The notes below the pieces were generated by a model. That model searched no databases and was not told the DNA's origin. It was given only the letters and a program-made list of their open reading frames with translations. Made by a program: the position numbers and the translations under genes. From positions 1 to 50,106 of the forward strand of contig NMRA01000493.1 of the NCBI GenBank assembly GCA_002633005.1: a stretch of DNA of 50,106 nucleotides. The letters are read 5' to 3'. The DNA is from Phoronis australis. Taxonomy: Eukaryota > Animalia > Phoronida. This document shows positions 24,726-38,641 of the stretch, one piece after another. Position 1 is the first letter of the stretch. Each line of letters opens with the position of its first letter.

Positions 24726-25227
24726 AATAAACTTTGAAGCCATTCTCGGCTTAAAAATATCATAATTCTTTGTTTCTTATCGTCCTCCCTGTGGTCTTAT
24801 AAGACGGGTAGGTAGTTTGGTCAATACTTTATCCCATACGCGTTGAACAACTCGAGTGCAATACGGTCATGTGATATATTTCCCTATTGCACTCCCGGAG
24901 CTACTTTAACAGTGCCCTCTAAGTCTAACATGGAAAGCTAAAAAAATAGGTCAATCAAGAAGTGTACTAGTACACGTACTCCTTGGGCCAATGTCGACTC
25001 GACGTCGTTAGCCGGTTCGATAATCAAACTTTCCCAAAATAGTTAAGTAATAAAATTGCAACAGTATAAATAACACTTCACATGCAATCAGGTCCCAAAC
25101 ATAACATCTGGTACATACAAAACTTTTAATTATATGACACTTCTGTCTCGGAATTATTTGCTAAATATAAATATTGTGACGTATGCAACCCAGGCGCCGA
25201 TTCCTCGATAACTACACTGTTAAATAT

Positions 25228-25328
25228 TGTTGTTTAATTATTTTCAGGAAATGTTACAAGTTCAATGCACAATTACCGTTGTTTAATTGTTTTCAGGAAA
25301 TGTTACAAGTTCAATGCACAATTACCGT
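25228..25328 (+). repeat. ~50-bp tandem duplication
   Basis: GTTGTTTAATT.TTTTCAGGAAATGTTACAAGTTCAATGCACAATTACCGT occurs twice. Confidence 0.85.
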
Positions 25329-27984
25329 AGTCTTCACTTTTTTATCCCTTTTCAAGTAATAAATCGTTTAAAACTACTTTTACTAGAGAAAACTTGTAAC
25401 CTAACGCGCAATATTGGATGTGATCCGCCACATGAACAGTCTGGGTGAAATATTTTTAAAATCTGAAGCTTAAGAATTCGAAGCATAGGCCTATGGGATA
25501 AATACGAAACGTACCTCGAATGTTATAGATGAAATCAGTAATATCCCATTCGGCATTGTTCTCTGTACGTTTTACCTGTATATTGGGTGATGCAAGAGTA
25601 AGTTTTACGAAAATTAACCATTATGACTTTGAAATGTTTGAAATTGCTAGGTTAAAAAGTAACAACGATCTTCCTTTCCTGTGCATCGCTCGGGATTGCC
25701 AGCGTACAAAAATTATTTTCTCAGGCATGCTATTCTTGTCTCACGGGTCAAAAGTCTCCCCGAACGAGCACCAGGCACTTTTCGACGTTTTGTTGTAATT
25801 ATTTACTCGAGACCAGCTCCGCTTCCACACTGATTATTTCAAACTATTCCTTTCCCTCCCTCCACTTCCCTTTATCTCAGATCTACAAATAACTTCCGAT
25901 TTAGCGTATCGCAATGTTGACTCAGTGCACCAGCACTGAAATAAATGGGGCGAGGGGAGGGGGGTGAGCAATAGCCCTCGAGCCTCCTATAGTGCGCCGC
26001 CCATGAGTTGTGACATCAGAGTACCGTAAAAATACTTTCACTGTGTTATACACTCAGTTCAACAGTTTCATGTTGTCACTTCTTGGCGTCAAAAACCAAT
26101 TGAGTAAGAACATGTTTGACACTTTCAACTTGCTATTTAAAATCTTTCGGACGCTAATTAATTGGTTTAAAGACTTATCTTCTATGCAAATGAAATTATC
26201 GTTAGACGTAATTACCAACAGATAGTCGTATAGCAGGCGTGATCCTCCCATTTAAGAGCCTTTTAACATTGGTATAATACGCGTTCACTTGTGAATATCT
26301 CTCAGGGATAACAAACTCATCGCCTGATAAGAAGGCACATGGACTGCTTAAAACGAGTGTCGGATCGGATCTGCTGTCCTACGAGAAATTAGCATCCGTT
26401 TAAAATGCAAAATGTTAACATTCTGGATAATCACGTGCGATCATCTTGCCACTGTCATCACATGAAGTCTGGAAGGACATAGTTGACCACGTGATGGTTA
26501 AATGTGGGGGAAGGCGTCGAAGCAGGACGTGCAACCTAAAATGCAGCAACATTTGCAAAGAAACGTAACCAATATTTAGGTGTCACGAAGCAGAGGGATT
26601 GTTATCGGGACTTTCATGTCAGGTGATACGAAATTAAAACTTAGAGTAACACGCATTAGTTGCAAGATTGAGTTAAACATATTTCCTGTTTGTGCTCTAG
26701 CAGCACACTGGTTGTTTTTTAATTTAAATCCCATTGGGTTGCAACTGCCTGTACAGTCAATTAAACAAATTTACTAAACATTTATTTTTTATTATATTTT
26801 AAGGCAGAAATTCGCATTTTGGGGGTTATTGCTGAAAAGAAGAAATTTCTTGAAGTTCTAGAAGACTTAGCGACGTACTGTCCAATTCCAATAACTGTCT
26901 TCACCCGCTATTAAAATTACCCACATTAGCCATATTGCGGTCTCCATATTGTGAGCTCTCATTACATCGACTCGTCAAAGTGGGTCGTAATGACCGGGAT
27001 AAGTTCATTAAAACCTCATATTATACGTGGGTACCTCCATTCCTGGCCGTCTTGGCACATAATTATATATATAGTGGATAAAGTTGCTAAAGTAATCCGT
27101 CGATTTATGCCCTCGAACTTCGAGCCATTGCCTTGTTTTCTTTTTAGTGAAGATACTTCAAGTACGCTTTCACAAGTTAGTAATACACTCAAAAGAGTAA
27201 TAATCGAAAGATTTACCTAAATTACGAATATCCCGCAAACCATGCTGTGTGTGTACACAATCTCATAAAAGCGAATCGTGGTACCCAGCCATTTTCTGCT
27301 GCACCTAGAAACAAGCAATAGACAAAAGCGGAAAGTTATTAAAACACTGAAGATTTGGGATAACGTGCCTTATGCGAGTTTAAATGACGTCATGAACCAA
27401 CGCTGGAGAACACTAAATTAGTGACTGTAGAGAAAATCTTAACGCTACACGAAACTTTATATCTTTTTTTAATATTTTCCAGTTTTGCAAATGTGAATGC
27501 AAGGTGATTTCATACCTTTCCGCAGTCTTTCGTTTGTCAAAAGGCCGCCTTTCATCTTTCATGGATTTTAAAGGTACTTCAAGCTCGGATGTTACATTTT
27601 CATATTTCCCTTACAAAAACACAACCACTTATCTTTCAGGAATTCGAAAGGGATGCGACCTCACATGATGCACCTGTTATCTTACAAAATTAATCGTCAC
27701 CACTCACGTGGAAAAAACTAGTGATAAAAGTTGGTATATGCTTCGCCTTAAAATGGTCACCTTTCATAAAGTGAAATGGGATGCAAACTTGTATGGTGAG
27801 ATTTTTCTATTCGCCTCTTAGTTATGCCCTTCCACACGTACATTCTACAATTACCAATGAAAATATTTCCCAAATTTCGATCTCCAGTATGACAAAAATT
27901 ATTTTTCATATTCCTTGAAATGATAAAAACTTCCCAACCTCGTTGCTTACCTTTATGTGGTGGACTTTCATTACACATATAATT

Positions 27985-28214
27985 ATATAATTATGTACAC
28001 ACATACATACATGCATATAATTATGTACACACATACATACATGCACATAATTATGTACACACATACATACATGCATATAATTATGTACACACATACATAC
28101 ATGCACATAATTATGTACACACATACATACATGCACATAATTATGTACACACATGCATACATGCACATAATTATGTACACACATACATACATGCACATAA
28201 TTATGTACACACAT
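27985..28214 (+). repeat. 30-bp minisatellite, ~7.5 copies, ending at an N
   Basis: ATAATTATGTACACACATACATACATGCAY unit. Confidence 0.95.
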
Positions 28215-29444
28215 NTTGACTATCTTTATTCCGCATTCCGTTGGTATCCTTGGAACAAAGTTCGACATTGAAAAGAACATTGGTAAAGTAACTGACCAAC
28301 AGACACACGATATTTCGAAACACACTTGTTTCATTCTCAAGTGGAAATAAAATGACAAAGTACTACCACCACAGAACAAAAGCTAGCAACACGTAGTGGG
28401 ACACGGTAGGAGTGAAATACCGCATGTCTCACAAACATGATCTATGGACTACAGAATGTAGCCCTGGTGACTCAACCACAGAAAACATGCCACAGGAACA
28501 GGATTCCGGGACGATTTCCATTCTAAAATGGGAGATTCCCTAAGAAAAAGAGTGCTTTAACGCTGTGTTATCTTTCCAAACAAGAGCAACGCGGAGCGTT
28601 GAAATGCGCCCACGATAGCACCTCAAACAGTATGCTTCTATGGGTGTTTTTATGGCCGTTACATAGCGTGTAATGCGTCAAATCCATCCGAATTGAGAAA
28701 GGGACATCATCTCTGTAAAACACAACTATTTGCCAAAATTCATGAAAATAAACCAACGAACACCTATAGAGGCAAAAGTAAAAAACGATCGACAGGGTAG
28801 GACAGAGCTATAATCCGATTGGTCTGAAACTCACGGTTTTCGCGTATTTTAACGCATTTTCAAATACGATTTAAAAAGTAACTGTGAAGTTGCCATCACT
28901 CTAAACAGTGTAATATCTAGTAATATCTAGCTGTACCACGTACATTAAGGTTGTCCGCTGATAGGTCATTTTAATCTTGCCTTCATCACTCCCATTCTTG
29001 CTTTACCGACTGCATATTGTTAACGGGTGCCAAAAAGTGACGTTTTAAAAAAGAATAAAAGCATCTTTTGAATGGAGCTCGTTGGAAGGCATGATTATCG
29101 GAGAGTTCGATCGAACCCCCCCCCCTCGGAGGGGTTCAGTCCACCCCAGCATATCCGTTAAATATATTTTTATATAAGGATACTATAGATTGGCAACAAC
29201 AACAAAATTGTTTCAGCTACTGATACTACTAACTACAATAATAACTAAGGTTGTAATAATTTTGAAATTGCTTCTAATTCAAAGCGCTTCACGTGGCATT
29301 GGGCCGTACCCGGCCAACTTTGCCCAAGTGTTGTTTGTGTAGATGACAGGAGATCGTGCAACACCAAAAGGGTAACAAGGGAGTCTATATACCTACTGTA
29401 GGTATACATTCCTAGCCCTATGACCTAAGTATAATATACTGTGA

Positions 29445-29763
29445 CAGTGACGGATTTAGAGGGGGCCAAGGGCAGTGCTGTAGTGGGGCGTAGGCGCACG
29501 TAGGCGCAGCCAACCACCTTTGGGCATTTGAACGTAGCGCCTACGTACCGCAAGTTACGTTCAGTGCTCAAGGTGATGCAGTGGGCTTTGGGCGCCTACT
29601 TACCTCTAATTTTACCACTACAGCACTGGCCAAGGGGCCATGCCCCCCTAAAATTCTCCCAGATTCCATTTGGCAGTTCGGGGGTGCGAATGTCTGACGG
29701 TAAAAATCCTGGCTGACTCTGCCCTGCCCCCCCCCCCAACTCAAAATCCTGGATCCGCCCCTG
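29445..29763. mobile_element. hAT-like MITE (same family as 12250-12413) carrying a nested MITE
   Basis: Reverse complement of 12250-12413 once the insert is removed. Confidence 0.75.
29473..29628. mobile_element. Nested hAT MITE, 156 bp
   Basis: 14-bp TIR CAGTGCTGTAGTGG/CCACTACAGCACTG; exact 8-bp TSD GCCAAGGG. Confidence 0.85.
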
Positions 29764-30259
29764 ACATAGCAACGAGAGAGCTTCCAAAATGTAATGCGAT
29801 GTGAATGCCTTAAAATCGTCCAAGAAAAACAAAACAGCGGAAATTTGAGATTTGTTATTCTGCTATTTTGGTTTAATTGCTAGAATACGGTACGGTAAAT
29901 TGCAGGCATTTTCAAAGTTTGAATCATAAGTGATCGTCAAATATGCAAATATGTTGTTCACTCAGTGCCCACTCTGATTGTGGATTGACATGCACGTGTG
30001 TACACCTGTGTGCGTTTCCGTTCTTTTTAAATTCAGTACGCGCTGACTTTAAGTTCACTATAGACAGTCCTCTGTCGTGCTCAAAAACCAGCTACCGTGC
30101 TTTCTTGCACTTGCATTTTCACTTTATTAAGGAAAAGAAGGCCTAGACCTCAACTTTGGTCTATGAATAAAGTCTTCCCTTGTGAATCAGTGTCCATGGT
30201 GCACAGCCCCGCAGACTTCATACGAGCAACAAACTTGATGGAAAAGATTTCCAAGGTTA

Positions 30260-31156
30260 CATGTCACTACATGAATGCCGAAGGTCCACTACTCTGAAGG
30301 CCCACTATGACTCCGAAGGTTCGCTACCTTCAGTCTAAAATTCCGACTACTTCGAATTTTCCCAATTCCAAAACCACGAACTCCGACAGTTCACTCACTC
30401 TGATTGTCTCATTCTCAATCATGCAGAGACAACATCTGGGGCCTGGGTCCATAGGCGGCGTACTATAGGGGGCTGCGGGGCCCCCACTTATTTCGGTGCT
30501 GCGGGGCCGCCACTTATTTCGGTGCTACGTGGCCCATGGGGCCAGGGCTGTGGCGACCAACGACAGTTTTAAATTTAAGAAGACTGAATGGGACTCTCTG
30601 ACTTCGTGAATTCTGGCAGGGATAGGGTGGCCTACTAACTGCATTTAGTTTTTACCCGGCCGTGCCCGAGGTTCCTTGGGTGAGGTTGAGGCGCAGCGGC
30701 AATAAACTTTTTAATCGCGCTGCGTTGCGATCTTGGCACGGATTTATATGAATATATCGTGGTTGATAATTCATCAACATTCATACCTCGTATTCTTTTA
30801 AATATGCAAATGTTAAGACATGAGGACAATTTCGCATGCACATTGAAAACGAATCTATGACAGTGACCAACATCTCTAGCTGTACTGGCCCGCTGGGCCC
30901 GGCGGCGGTGGTCACTGTCTACATGAAATCCAAACAAAGTGTTTCTAGTACCCGGGCGTTGTTTTCGTTATAGGTGCATCTAATAATCGAAGTATCGTTT
31001 ATTTTTGCATGCAAAAGTATTAAAATTACACCCGAATCTGAAAGTTTAGATATATTCGGAGTAGTGAACTTTCGAAGTAGAAAATCTTCGAAGTAGTGAA
31101 CCTTCGGCATAGTGAGCCTTCGGAGTAGTAAACCTTTGAAACGGTGGGCTGTTCCC
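30260..31156. mobile_element. Foldback element with ~15-bp subterminal tandem repeats
   Basis: CCGAAGGTCCACTACT-type repeats at 30278-30400 are mirrored by TTCGGAGTAGTGAAC-type repeats at 31055-31140. Confidence 0.55.
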
Positions 31157-33039
31157 ATTTCCAGCGACGTCAGAAACTTCAGTAACGCTCAAAAATACAA
31201 GATAAACGATTTCGTCAGGTAGTTCTCCGACTAAAATTCATATTTCCGTCCCAGCATGTAAGGAGGTGTAATCAATCATTTAAGCATGTCTGATTTGAAA
31301 TTTTGGCAGGAGGTATCGAGAGAACGTTCTCTTGCATCCGAATTTGTGTCCCGTTCTTTGTGAGCAACCGCCACATCCTCATTTTCTGGTATTACAAGTT
31401 CCGTCTCATCTCAGAAAATATAGAGCTGAGAGTCATCGTTGTGTACATGTATACAGATTTACCTTCTCACTGCTGCGTCAAAGCCGGGCCTTACCGAAAA
31501 CTCTACACTGTCGACATTTGCAAAATATCAAACTTAGGCCCACCGTTCTAGAACCGCCTCTCGCTCAATGCTGGCTACTGGCCTGTCTGTACACACAGGA
31601 GAACTGTCCGAATTTAATCACTATCATTGAGATTTATTTTAGACAGGCAAAATCATTTAGTATGCTTTGTTATTTGGAGATCACATGGCAGAGATTTTCC
31701 CAAGTGAACTTCAGCTTGCACCATTAAAGCGTCATCACTTCTGGCTTCCAAAATTAGCCTCTAATTTCCACTGAATCAGTCGATTTTACTAGATACGTAA
31801 GCAAGTAAATAACAATAAATCAAAAATCACGTTATATATCCATACAGGATATTATAAACTATTCTCGAAAGTATGTTTGTAGCTTCCTGACGGGCAACCG
31901 GGGTAGCATTCGAGACGGGGCATCCCACGGGATTCAGCGTAAGTGTAAGCCTATCCCCAAATAATTTTTCCAAATATACTCGTGTTAACTTGTATTTTGG
32001 TTCATTCCAGAGGTAGCTATTACCAAAATCGCTGATAAAACTTTTTGTTTATGATTGCCAGTACGTCATACTTTGAGTAGCTTAATCCGTTAGACATGTC
32101 ACTCAGTACTTAGGTGATAAAAATCATACCTCCAACAATGTGTTCGACATTTGGAAGTTTCTTAAAATCTACTCCTAGTAACAATCCTAAAAGAAATACA
32201 ATTCTAATGACGATAGTAGTACTTTGGGGGAAGTATGGGCATTTTATCGTGAAAATTTTCAAATGAACTTATTCCTTCGATTTCGGTCTATACTATTGTG
32301 TTTTTCAATACAATCATTTCTGTTTGTTTAGTCCAGATGTCTTAATACGGGTGTGGTTTGCAGGAATTTGTCTTGTTTTTGATGAATTTGAAATCTTACC
32401 TTCTTCCCCTCGTGAATATTTGACAAGGCCGTCCCTTCGAGAGAGGGACCCTCTGAAAGGCAACCCTTTAATATTGTGAAAACATAAAAATCTTTAAAAA
32501 TGAAAGAAAGTCACTGCTAATTTTATGATCGTGAGACTCTCCAAGAAATGACCTTCCTTAACGTAAAAGGCTGTAAGATTTTACAAAAACAGGAAAATAG
32601 AGCCAATCGGCTCCATCATTGGGCCCTCTCTCCATGAGCGGCCCCTTCAAAAGTTATCAATAAAACAATAAAAAGCTAGAAAAGCGTGGCAGCATGACAG
32701 CCATGAACGTGCTCCCTCCAAGGACTGGCACCCTAAATATGAAAGGATCAAAAATTTCAAAAAAAAGAAATGGGCAGCAATTGACACTATCTGTCAGATT
32801 CTCAATTTTTACTAAGTGATAAAAAGTTTCGAGAAAAAGCGAAAAAAATAACAGATGACTCCATTATCACCTTGTCAGAGAGAGAGAGGGTGGAGATATA
32901 TACTTTTACACTCCCTAAAATCATACTCTTCAATTTAAAATTCCAGTAAATTAATAATACGTTCTTTAAAATCTGTGCTTTACAAATTTGCATGTTTTCA
33001 ATTGCGTTTAGACGAGCAAATATGGGTCTTCCTATCAAC

Positions 33040-33440
33040 AAAGCGTTCAGACATTGGGACGTTTATTTCGAAAATTGCAAGAGATGCAAATAGGTCCTGG
33101 GATACATCGTCAAGGTTTGAAGTAGTCCATGGTGAACGGATCAAGTTTAAATGCGCATGTAAGTCTTTTGAATGGACTTGGCAACCTCAAGGGTCTTAGT
33201 GCCAACTGAGCTGCGAAACGAGATGCTGACATTGGAGAGGCTTACAAGGTCATTGACACAGCAGTTGACGAAGTGCAAGCGTCGGGAACAAACATGTAAG
33301 ATATCTGGGTAGAATGGTTCCAAGACGAGCAAACCATTGGATCCGATATACAAATTCCTCGGCAGTCTAGACAACAGAAGGATAGGACTAACGTATGAGT
33401 AACCACTGGGGATTAAATATTTTAGAGAGAAGTTTTCAAC
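33040..33440 (+). mobile_element. hAT transposase relic (PRKRIR/ZMYM-like)
   Basis: Across frameshifts: LGNLKGLS...RDADIGEAYKVID...IPRQSRQQKDRTNV...YFREKF. Confidence 0.5.
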
Positions 33441-34484
33441 ATTTTTTGCATAGTACACTTTAGGTCTCGCGACGGACCAGGCCAGCTTGATTTGTGTAGA
33501 TGTTGGGTTTCAGTGTACTTCTGGTCGCTCGGCGAACTAGTCTTGTGATTTTTTTTACCAAAGTGTGCTTTGTAAAACTATTTATCTCAGCCAGTACTGT
33601 TTGGTCCCGCGAAAGATCGACTATTTTTATAGTGATAATAAGCACAGGTGTACTCTTGGTCTCGTGACGGACCAGGTCAGCCTTTTTGTGTACTCTCAGT
33701 GTACATCTGGTCCCTCTGCAAACTAGTCCAGTGTATCTTTTTCACCACTGCACAGGATGTTTTGGTTTCGTGAAACTGTTTTCAGACGATTTGTTTGACG
33801 TTTTTCAATTGTTGTCAACTTGATTCAGCTTAATAAAATGATTAATTATTTATTGTCGCTTTCATAATAGACTATGAGTTGAGAACACCATCGTTCGCCA
33901 GTTCTTCTCCTAACGAGACAGAACACATGTTTATTTCCGGAGTAACACTACAGGTCTTCGTTCTTAAACAACTTGAGGCTGCTGTTACGCGATCATCTGA
34001 TATTCAAGTTTTTACGCCCCGTCGGTGCTCCTTATGCTCTTGAATATTTGGAAGTTGTCTAAACCCCTGTATACACACCACACTTTTTCGTATACGACTT
34101 TTCGTATGCTAAAAAGGTGTGTGTAAGCAGATGTTCCAACAAAAATTATGCTGGTGGTGTGACTCACACCCAGATGTGCACAATGTGGTTTCACGAAACT
34201 TATGAGTCAAGTTTATGTGACGAAATCGAGAAGGGTTTTTAATTAATTTAAGAAAAACTCCAGAGACATGTTAAGTGCCAGAAACTTACCAGGATGCATG
34301 GAAATTTCACCATTTGGCTACAAAAATATCTTACACGGTAGGGGGAAACCCCCCCTCCCGACCTCCCCCCGCTCAGCGCCACACGCCTAGGATTCCACCT
34401 TGCATGGCGGGAATCCTAAACCCCCCTTGCTGAAAACGTAGATCCGCCACTGCATTGCCGACTGCAATCTCATAAGCCCAAATN

Positions 34485-35056
34485 CACATTGAGAAAGTGA
34501 CCGCATTCGCGAAAAGTGTACAGTACCAGAAATTGCGGGGAGGCTGTTCTTTCACAACAAAGTCTTGCGGGACACGTGCGATGTTAAATAGGCCTCCTAA
34601 GGAGCCGACCTCAACACCTACCGTCTATCTACCTGTAATAAGCACACTACCGTCTTCGATACTGGGAATTTCCGCAGAAAGGCTCACCCGATGAGACGCT
34701 CATGCCCATGGGCATTTATTTTATATTAGTACTTCGGGTTTCAAGCGTTCAGACATTGTCACGTTTATTTCGAAAACTGCAAGAGATGCAAATAGGTCCT
34801 GGGATACATCGTCAAGGTTTGAAGTAGTCCATGATGAACGGATCAAGTTTAAATGCGCATGGTGAAATTTCCATGCATCCTGGTAAGTTTCTGGCACTTA
34901 ACATGTCTCTGGAGTTTTTCTTAAGATAATTAAAAACCCTTCTCGATTTCGCCACACGCCTAGGATTCGACCTTGCATGGCGGGAATCCTAAACCCCACT
35001 TGCTGAAAACGTAGATCCGCCACTGCATTGCCGACTGCAATCTCATAAGCCCAAAT
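34485..35056. repeat. Mosaic of four locally derived segments
   Basis: Inverted 36973-37233 + direct 33041-33159 + inverted 34221-34313 + direct 34377-34483. Confidence 0.85.
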
Positions 35057-38000
35057 GAAAACTCCAAATCACAGATACAAATCGTGGACTGCGCCCCTAA
35101 ACTCCACAGGTGAGCGTAAAATGCTCCATGCCTGGTAATCAAACTTCATGTCCTGTGATTAAAGTGCTGGTCCAGCCCGTGAGTGAGTAATCTGGTCAGC
35201 GAGTTTCATGTTTGCTGGCTAGGAACTTTGGTTTTGAGGATTGCTTCCAGCCTACCAGCTGAACAAGTCTAATACGCTAAAGAAATGCAAAGTACCGTAA
35301 GTTCAAAAATTTAGGACACAATATGGCATATAAGCGAAATTTTATTTTCTATATAATTATGTAAAATAATTCTTTAACACATACACCATCAGAACATATT
35401 TTGAAAAATGTGAGCATTCACAACATTGAAAAATGAAAATGAAAAAGAGTGCCGAATTTTGGGAGTTATTTTTGTGCGAGTGTTTTTTGAGAGTTCATTG
35501 TATTTCAACTGGTCTTTAGTGTACTGCATATGGCCATACTGTCCCTTGCAAACTTCAAAAGTTCAATTCCAGAGAATACCATCCTGTAAATTGTTGCATT
35601 CGTACAGATTAGCAATTCCCTAAGACAATAAGTTATAAGGTGACGAGCCAGGTATAGGGATATATTTACCCTTAAGAGCCCAAATTACTTCTAACCCATT
35701 TTTTATACTTAAAAATTTGGTTCTCAAAAAATTAATATGTTTTGATGTTTTTAGTTCACTGCTCTATTGGTGATCCAATGGAGCTTAACAGGTAAAAATA
35801 ACGAGGCTGGATACCTTCGTTGATGGACTTTGGTCACTATTACTGAAAATCTGCAACATGAACAGTGTTTTCAAAATTTTTGCCACTAATGTCTTTCTTG
35901 AGCTCAAGCATGTTGCCGTTAGGTAGTCAGCTCGAAAACTGTTCCTCGGCGTCACGGTGTGAAACACAGACACATCACCTCTCACTTCTCACACTATTGT
36001 TTCATTTCAGACTACACGCAATACATCATCGCCTTCTAGCGGTCAAACGGATAACCATGTCTTTCCTCTCTTCCCACTGAGACTTCTCGATGAAACTGAC
36101 CAACTTTCTATGGTATGTGTTAAGGAGGTTACAAAAACCTCGCTTTATCATAATCGGTGTTTGTCCTGGTTTGTTAGATGATACGCCCTACATACAAATG
36201 AGTATATTTGGAGTGTTAGTTCAGTGAACATAATGGCACTTGTCATTTTGCTATAGACTGTGTTAGAATTCAACTCCCTGAAAGTACATATTTTTCGGAA
36301 TCCCGCTTTAATTTGATTTTCAACTATATCAGTCTGCCATTAATTGTGTCATTTGATCATGTTAGTGTTTTTGGAAAATTGAGCAAAAAGAAGGTTTTTT
36401 TTAATAACTTTTGCCGATGTAGCAGTTTTCTAAATTATCGTTTCGTGTTCAGTTTTTGTAACTTGGAGTCTTTGCTTTTGGATGACCCCTTTTTCGCAAT
36501 ACGCTACTGTACTGTGACGTCCAACGATTTGTACAAAGGTCTGTTGCATTCTATTTTAATCAACTGATAATTGCTCATAAAATGGTTACCAGGAAGGAAT
36601 AACTATTTGCACGCATTTTGACGTTTTTGTAACGAGGCTTAAAAATGAACTCACTCTTCGAGATGTAGTGGAGTCTTAGGCTTACTGGTTTTACCTATAT
36701 CGAAAAGTTATTTCTGGTTTCCTCGTCAGTTTGGCGTTGATACGAAGATATAACGTACGCTTATAATATCTGCGGTATGCTTTAGTTGTTTTCACAGGGC
36801 CTCATGAAGCGCCCCCCCCCCAAGTTAACGGGCCCAGATTAAACAGTGGTAACGGGCATAAGTGTTTGCCCGAGGCAGCCGAGAAAAGGAAGGCCTCGAA
36901 ACATGTAGAAGAGAGGAAATCTATCGGCTAACTGTGTTTGATTTATACGTTGGGGGCCTTGCTGGCCACTGGCCGAAGTACTAATATCAAATAAATGCCC
37001 ATGGGCATGAGCGTCTCATCGGGTGAGCCTTTCTGCGGAAATTCCCAGTATCGAAGACGGCAGTGTGCTTATTACAGGTAGATAGACGGTAGGTGTTGAG
37101 GTCGGAACTAGGGCTCCTTAGGAGGCTTATTTAACATCGCACGAGTCCCGCAAGACTTTGTTGTGAAAGAACAGCCTCCCCGCAATTTCTGGTACTGTAC
37201 ACTTTTCGCGAATGCGGTCACTTTCTCAATGTGAGTGCCCCCTTGGTCATTCCTTGTATAGACATAACTTGTTATAGAGTGTGTCTTCAAAGGGACTCGC
37301 GACCTGACCACGGCGCCCGCCACAATAGCAATTCTTCGGNNNNNNNNNNNNNNNNNNNNNNNNNNNNNNNNNNNNNNNNNNNNNNNNNNNNNNNNNNNNN
37401 NNNNNNNNNNNNNNNNNNNNNNNNCCCCCCCCCCGTAGATCCGCCACTGCAACGAGTACCCAAATGTAAGGGATAAGATCTTGTTTATCTAGTTGTTCAT
37501 AACTAATTGCTTGGCAATGGGAAGAAGTTCAACAATTTTGTGCAATCGAGGAATGAGCAGTTGTGAACTGTTCCAGTCAAATTTCAACAATTTATTGCAG
37601 CAGTGTTGATATGGCACAAGTAATATCAAAGGCACAGAGTTCCTTCTTACTCAATAACTTGAACTAAAACTGGAATGTATTCTGTAATGCAAAACACTCC
37701 CAAGGTACTTGGAGCTAGAAATTCAAAATTCCAGTCTCAAAAAACAATCATTTCAGTGGCCAAAATTTGTCAGTGTAGGAAAATAATGTCCCATACTTGG
37801 CCTTTCTCTCGTTATTTCTTGTTGTATCGTCATATCTCCCTTGTCTCACAAACATGATTTATGTACTACAGAATCATGTAGTGTTTGTAACTCAACCACA
37901 CAAAACATGACACAGACATGTCCGTAACAGGAACAGGATTCTGAAATTATTACAATCCTAAAATGAGAGATTCACTAGGAAAAAGAATGCTTTAACACTG

Positions 38001-38116
38001 TGTTATCTTCCCAAAAAAGGTAACAATTTTAACCAACCCCCCACAAATGGATCAGGAATTTTGAGGGTTGTGGTCCATTTCATGAAATTTGATTTCAACC
38101 TCAATTTTAATTGTGG

Positions 38117-38423
38117 CTATGACGCCAACAACATTGTTCAACAACATTGTTCAACAACTGTAATTATGATTGATTGCCTGGTACCATTGATGTTATGAAG
38201 GACAAATGTTTTCATGAAACGTAGTCCAGTTCCTTAGAGGCAATCAACCATAATTTACAATTTTAGACTTCCTATGACGCCAACAACATTGTTCAACAAC
38301 TGTAATTATGATTGATTGCATGGTACCATTGATGTTACGAAGGACAAAAGTTTTCATGAAATGTAGTCCAGTTCCTTAGAGGCAATCAACCTTAATTTAC
38401 CGTGACAATTTTAGACTTCCTAT
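38117..38423 (+). repeat. ~155-bp tandem duplication just downstream of the APRT stop
   Basis: CTATGACGCCAACAACATTGTTC...AATTTTAGACTTC occurs twice. Confidence 0.85.
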
Positions 38424-38504
38424 CGCAAGTAAGAAGGAAACTTCACTTTAACGTGAATACATAACATTCAGCCAGGAGTCAGGTCCAGCACGAACACCTG
38501 GCCA

Positions 38505-38641
38505 TTAGTAGTGAATCAGAGAGTACACAGGGTCCTTCAACTTGTCGCGTCCGTTCAGTGCATCCAGTTCTATCACGACCAGACATTCCAGAATGTCCGC
38601 ATTCATTTGGTGTAGCAACTGACTGGCAGCCATCATGGTCC
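38505..38641 (-). CDS. APRT: Adenine phosphoribosyltransferase exon 4
   Basis: GTMMAASQLL...CLVVIELDALNGRDKL...YSLIHY-stop. Spliced total is 537 nt = 178 aa. Confidence 0.93.

Noticed and set aside
27540-27960. Degenerate LINE RT fragment
   Set aside because: Only a few short RT-like words across frameshifts; too weak without a search.
27906-28379. Repetitive HVCMCVHNY ORFs
   Set aside because: 30-bp minisatellite, open on both strands.
37340-37424. ORFs spanning the N run
   Set aside because: Assembly gap.
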